64,000 nt of DNA from Callorhinchus milii. Lineage: Eukaryota. Made by a program: the position numbers and the translations under genes. Below, piece after piece: positions 62,203 to 64,000 of this stretch; the first letter of the stretch is position 1, and each line of letters begins with the position of its first letter. Location: the NCBI RefSeq assembly GCF_018977255.1, contig NW_024704742.1, positions 60,886,001 to 60,950,000 on the forward strand, read 5' to 3'. Below the pieces are notes generated by a model, which ran no database searches, was not told where the DNA came from, and saw nothing but the letters and a program-made list of their open reading frames with translations.

Positions 62203-64000
62203 CTTTTAAGTTTGAAGGCCTGAAGTCCTTCATATTCTAACACTTAAGGCTATTGTCTTAAAATGTAAAATCAGGTGCTACAGTTCAGAGGAAATTTAAT
62301 TTCCAAATCAAAGACTCTTTTCCAAAATTCTCCACAATCTTGAGTTTAACAACCAAATTCTTAACAACAACAAATTGCATTTGTATAGCGCCTTTCACAT
62401 CAGGACAACCTCTCAAGGTGCTGAATAGTCAAAGATTTGGGATCAGGAGGGGTTGGAATCAGGAATCAGGGATTAAGAATAAGGTAATAAAAATATTTTA
62501 TGCCCTTGATATCTAACCTACAATGTGGTACCACCAGGGTACCTACCAGTCAAGATTAGGAAGTTTTTTGATCAACGAATTCAGAGTAGATATGTGAGTA
62601 ATCAGTGAACCATCCCCATTTGTGCCTATTTATTTTCCTCCCAAATTGCATTTGATCACAGTTCTATGCCGTCTCACTTCTTTCACAAATGCCCTTGAAT
62701 TGTGTGTTTTTATATTATTGTGAACCATATATGTGAAACATAGTAAAGCGGTCAGCAGGGGTGAACACACAGAAACTGACTCATTGCCATAACTGATGCT
62801 TCACATCAATAGCTGCTGCTCCCACTATTACATCAGCATTCTTGAAATAAACTACATTGAGTTAAAATTATTCTTGATTTTATTTTATTTTAAAGCAAAT
62901 ATCAACCATTAAAATAAATATCTAGAATTATTTTCACATTTCTGCTTATTTTCTCCCCTTTTTAAATCCTTTATGACATACATAACCTGAGTTGTGATTT
63001 CATCCCATATTTAAATACGTTTACCTACAAAATACGCAGTCACTACACTTTAAAATATATTCCATGAAGTGCTTTGAGACATCCCCCTGACGTGAAAAGC
63101 GCTGTATCAGACGTAAGGATTATTATAATATTAAATACAGATCATCATATACAGAATGAGCATCAACATTAATAATAGGTCCTTGAAGATAATAATACAT
63201 TTAGAGTCTATGGTTTCTATTAATAAGAATATAGATAATCTCTGAGCAGTACACCTACAAAAGAATATCAGGTTATACATTTTGAAGTCTGTGTGTTTGG
63301 TTCATTTTGTGTTTCCTGCTTAGAAATAAGTATTCCTTCACCTTATTGATATATGCATTAGAATAAAAAACATTGAAGTTTGATGTGATTCTATATTTAC
63401 GAAGAAAGATAACTATTATGGACAAGTTGGTGCAGGGGATGGTTTATGAAGCAATGCTGTAAACTTTGCATAAAACGTTTAGCAATCTTCATTATGCTGC
63501 ATGACGAAGTTCATTCAATGCATTTTATAAACAAATCACGCAATAAAATTTACTCCTAATTTCCACATCTTTCACATTTTGTATATTATTCCTGTGCAAG
63601 AGCATGGGTAGTAACATGTCTGTTTGTAGCTGATCATTTAGACGTGTAAGAGAATGGTGGACGTTGACCAAGCCTTTAAAATTCTCCCACCTGTCCTTGG
63701 AGGCTGCACCTTATCTTCATTCAAAAGAATGTCAGACAGGTCAGGGTGGGAATGGGTCCTTTTCTTTCAGGAAGCCATGGAGCTCGGACCTTAGGCAAGT
63801 TTCCTTACATCTTTGTTTACCTAGCATTAAGCAGGATCCCGAGTGATTGCTTTCCAGGGAGGGCACTGCTGATGACAGCACAGCCAGTCTGGCTCATCGG
63901 CAGGACCTGGAAGGGCAGACCAGTCACTGGGGACAGGAAGTCATCCCACACAGCACCTGTTAACCCTGCAAACCAAAGCCCTAACAGGTAGGGTGGTCCT

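Overview
This is vertebrate nuclear genomic DNA. The repeat content (DeuSINE/SacSINE1-like SINEs, L2, CR1) and compact introns suggest a cartilaginous fish, possibly a chimaera; that assignment is inference. Two spliced genes sit head-to-head with start codons about 9 kb apart. SPCS3 is on the minus strand: 5 coding exons, 25999 to 13323, 543 nt, 180 aa. ASB5 is on the plus strand: 7 coding exons, 35118 to 61917, 987 nt, 328 aa. This matches the arrangement I recall for human ASB5-SPCS3. Both ORFs reconstruct intact, but only if one non-canonical intron is accepted in each: a U12-type AT-AC intron in SPCS3 (17326-17688) and a GC-AG intron in ASB5 (58900-60047). The rest is mostly decayed retroelements and low-complexity repeats. 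Other notable structure: strand-asymmetric G-rich repeats around SPCS3 exon 1, a circle-junction-like templated insertion in ASB5 intron 3, a candidate mini-Helitron, a ~1 kb fold-back element, and an unclassified dispersed repeat with six copies. I found no convincing new multi-gene system. Repeat boundaries were read by eye and are approximate.
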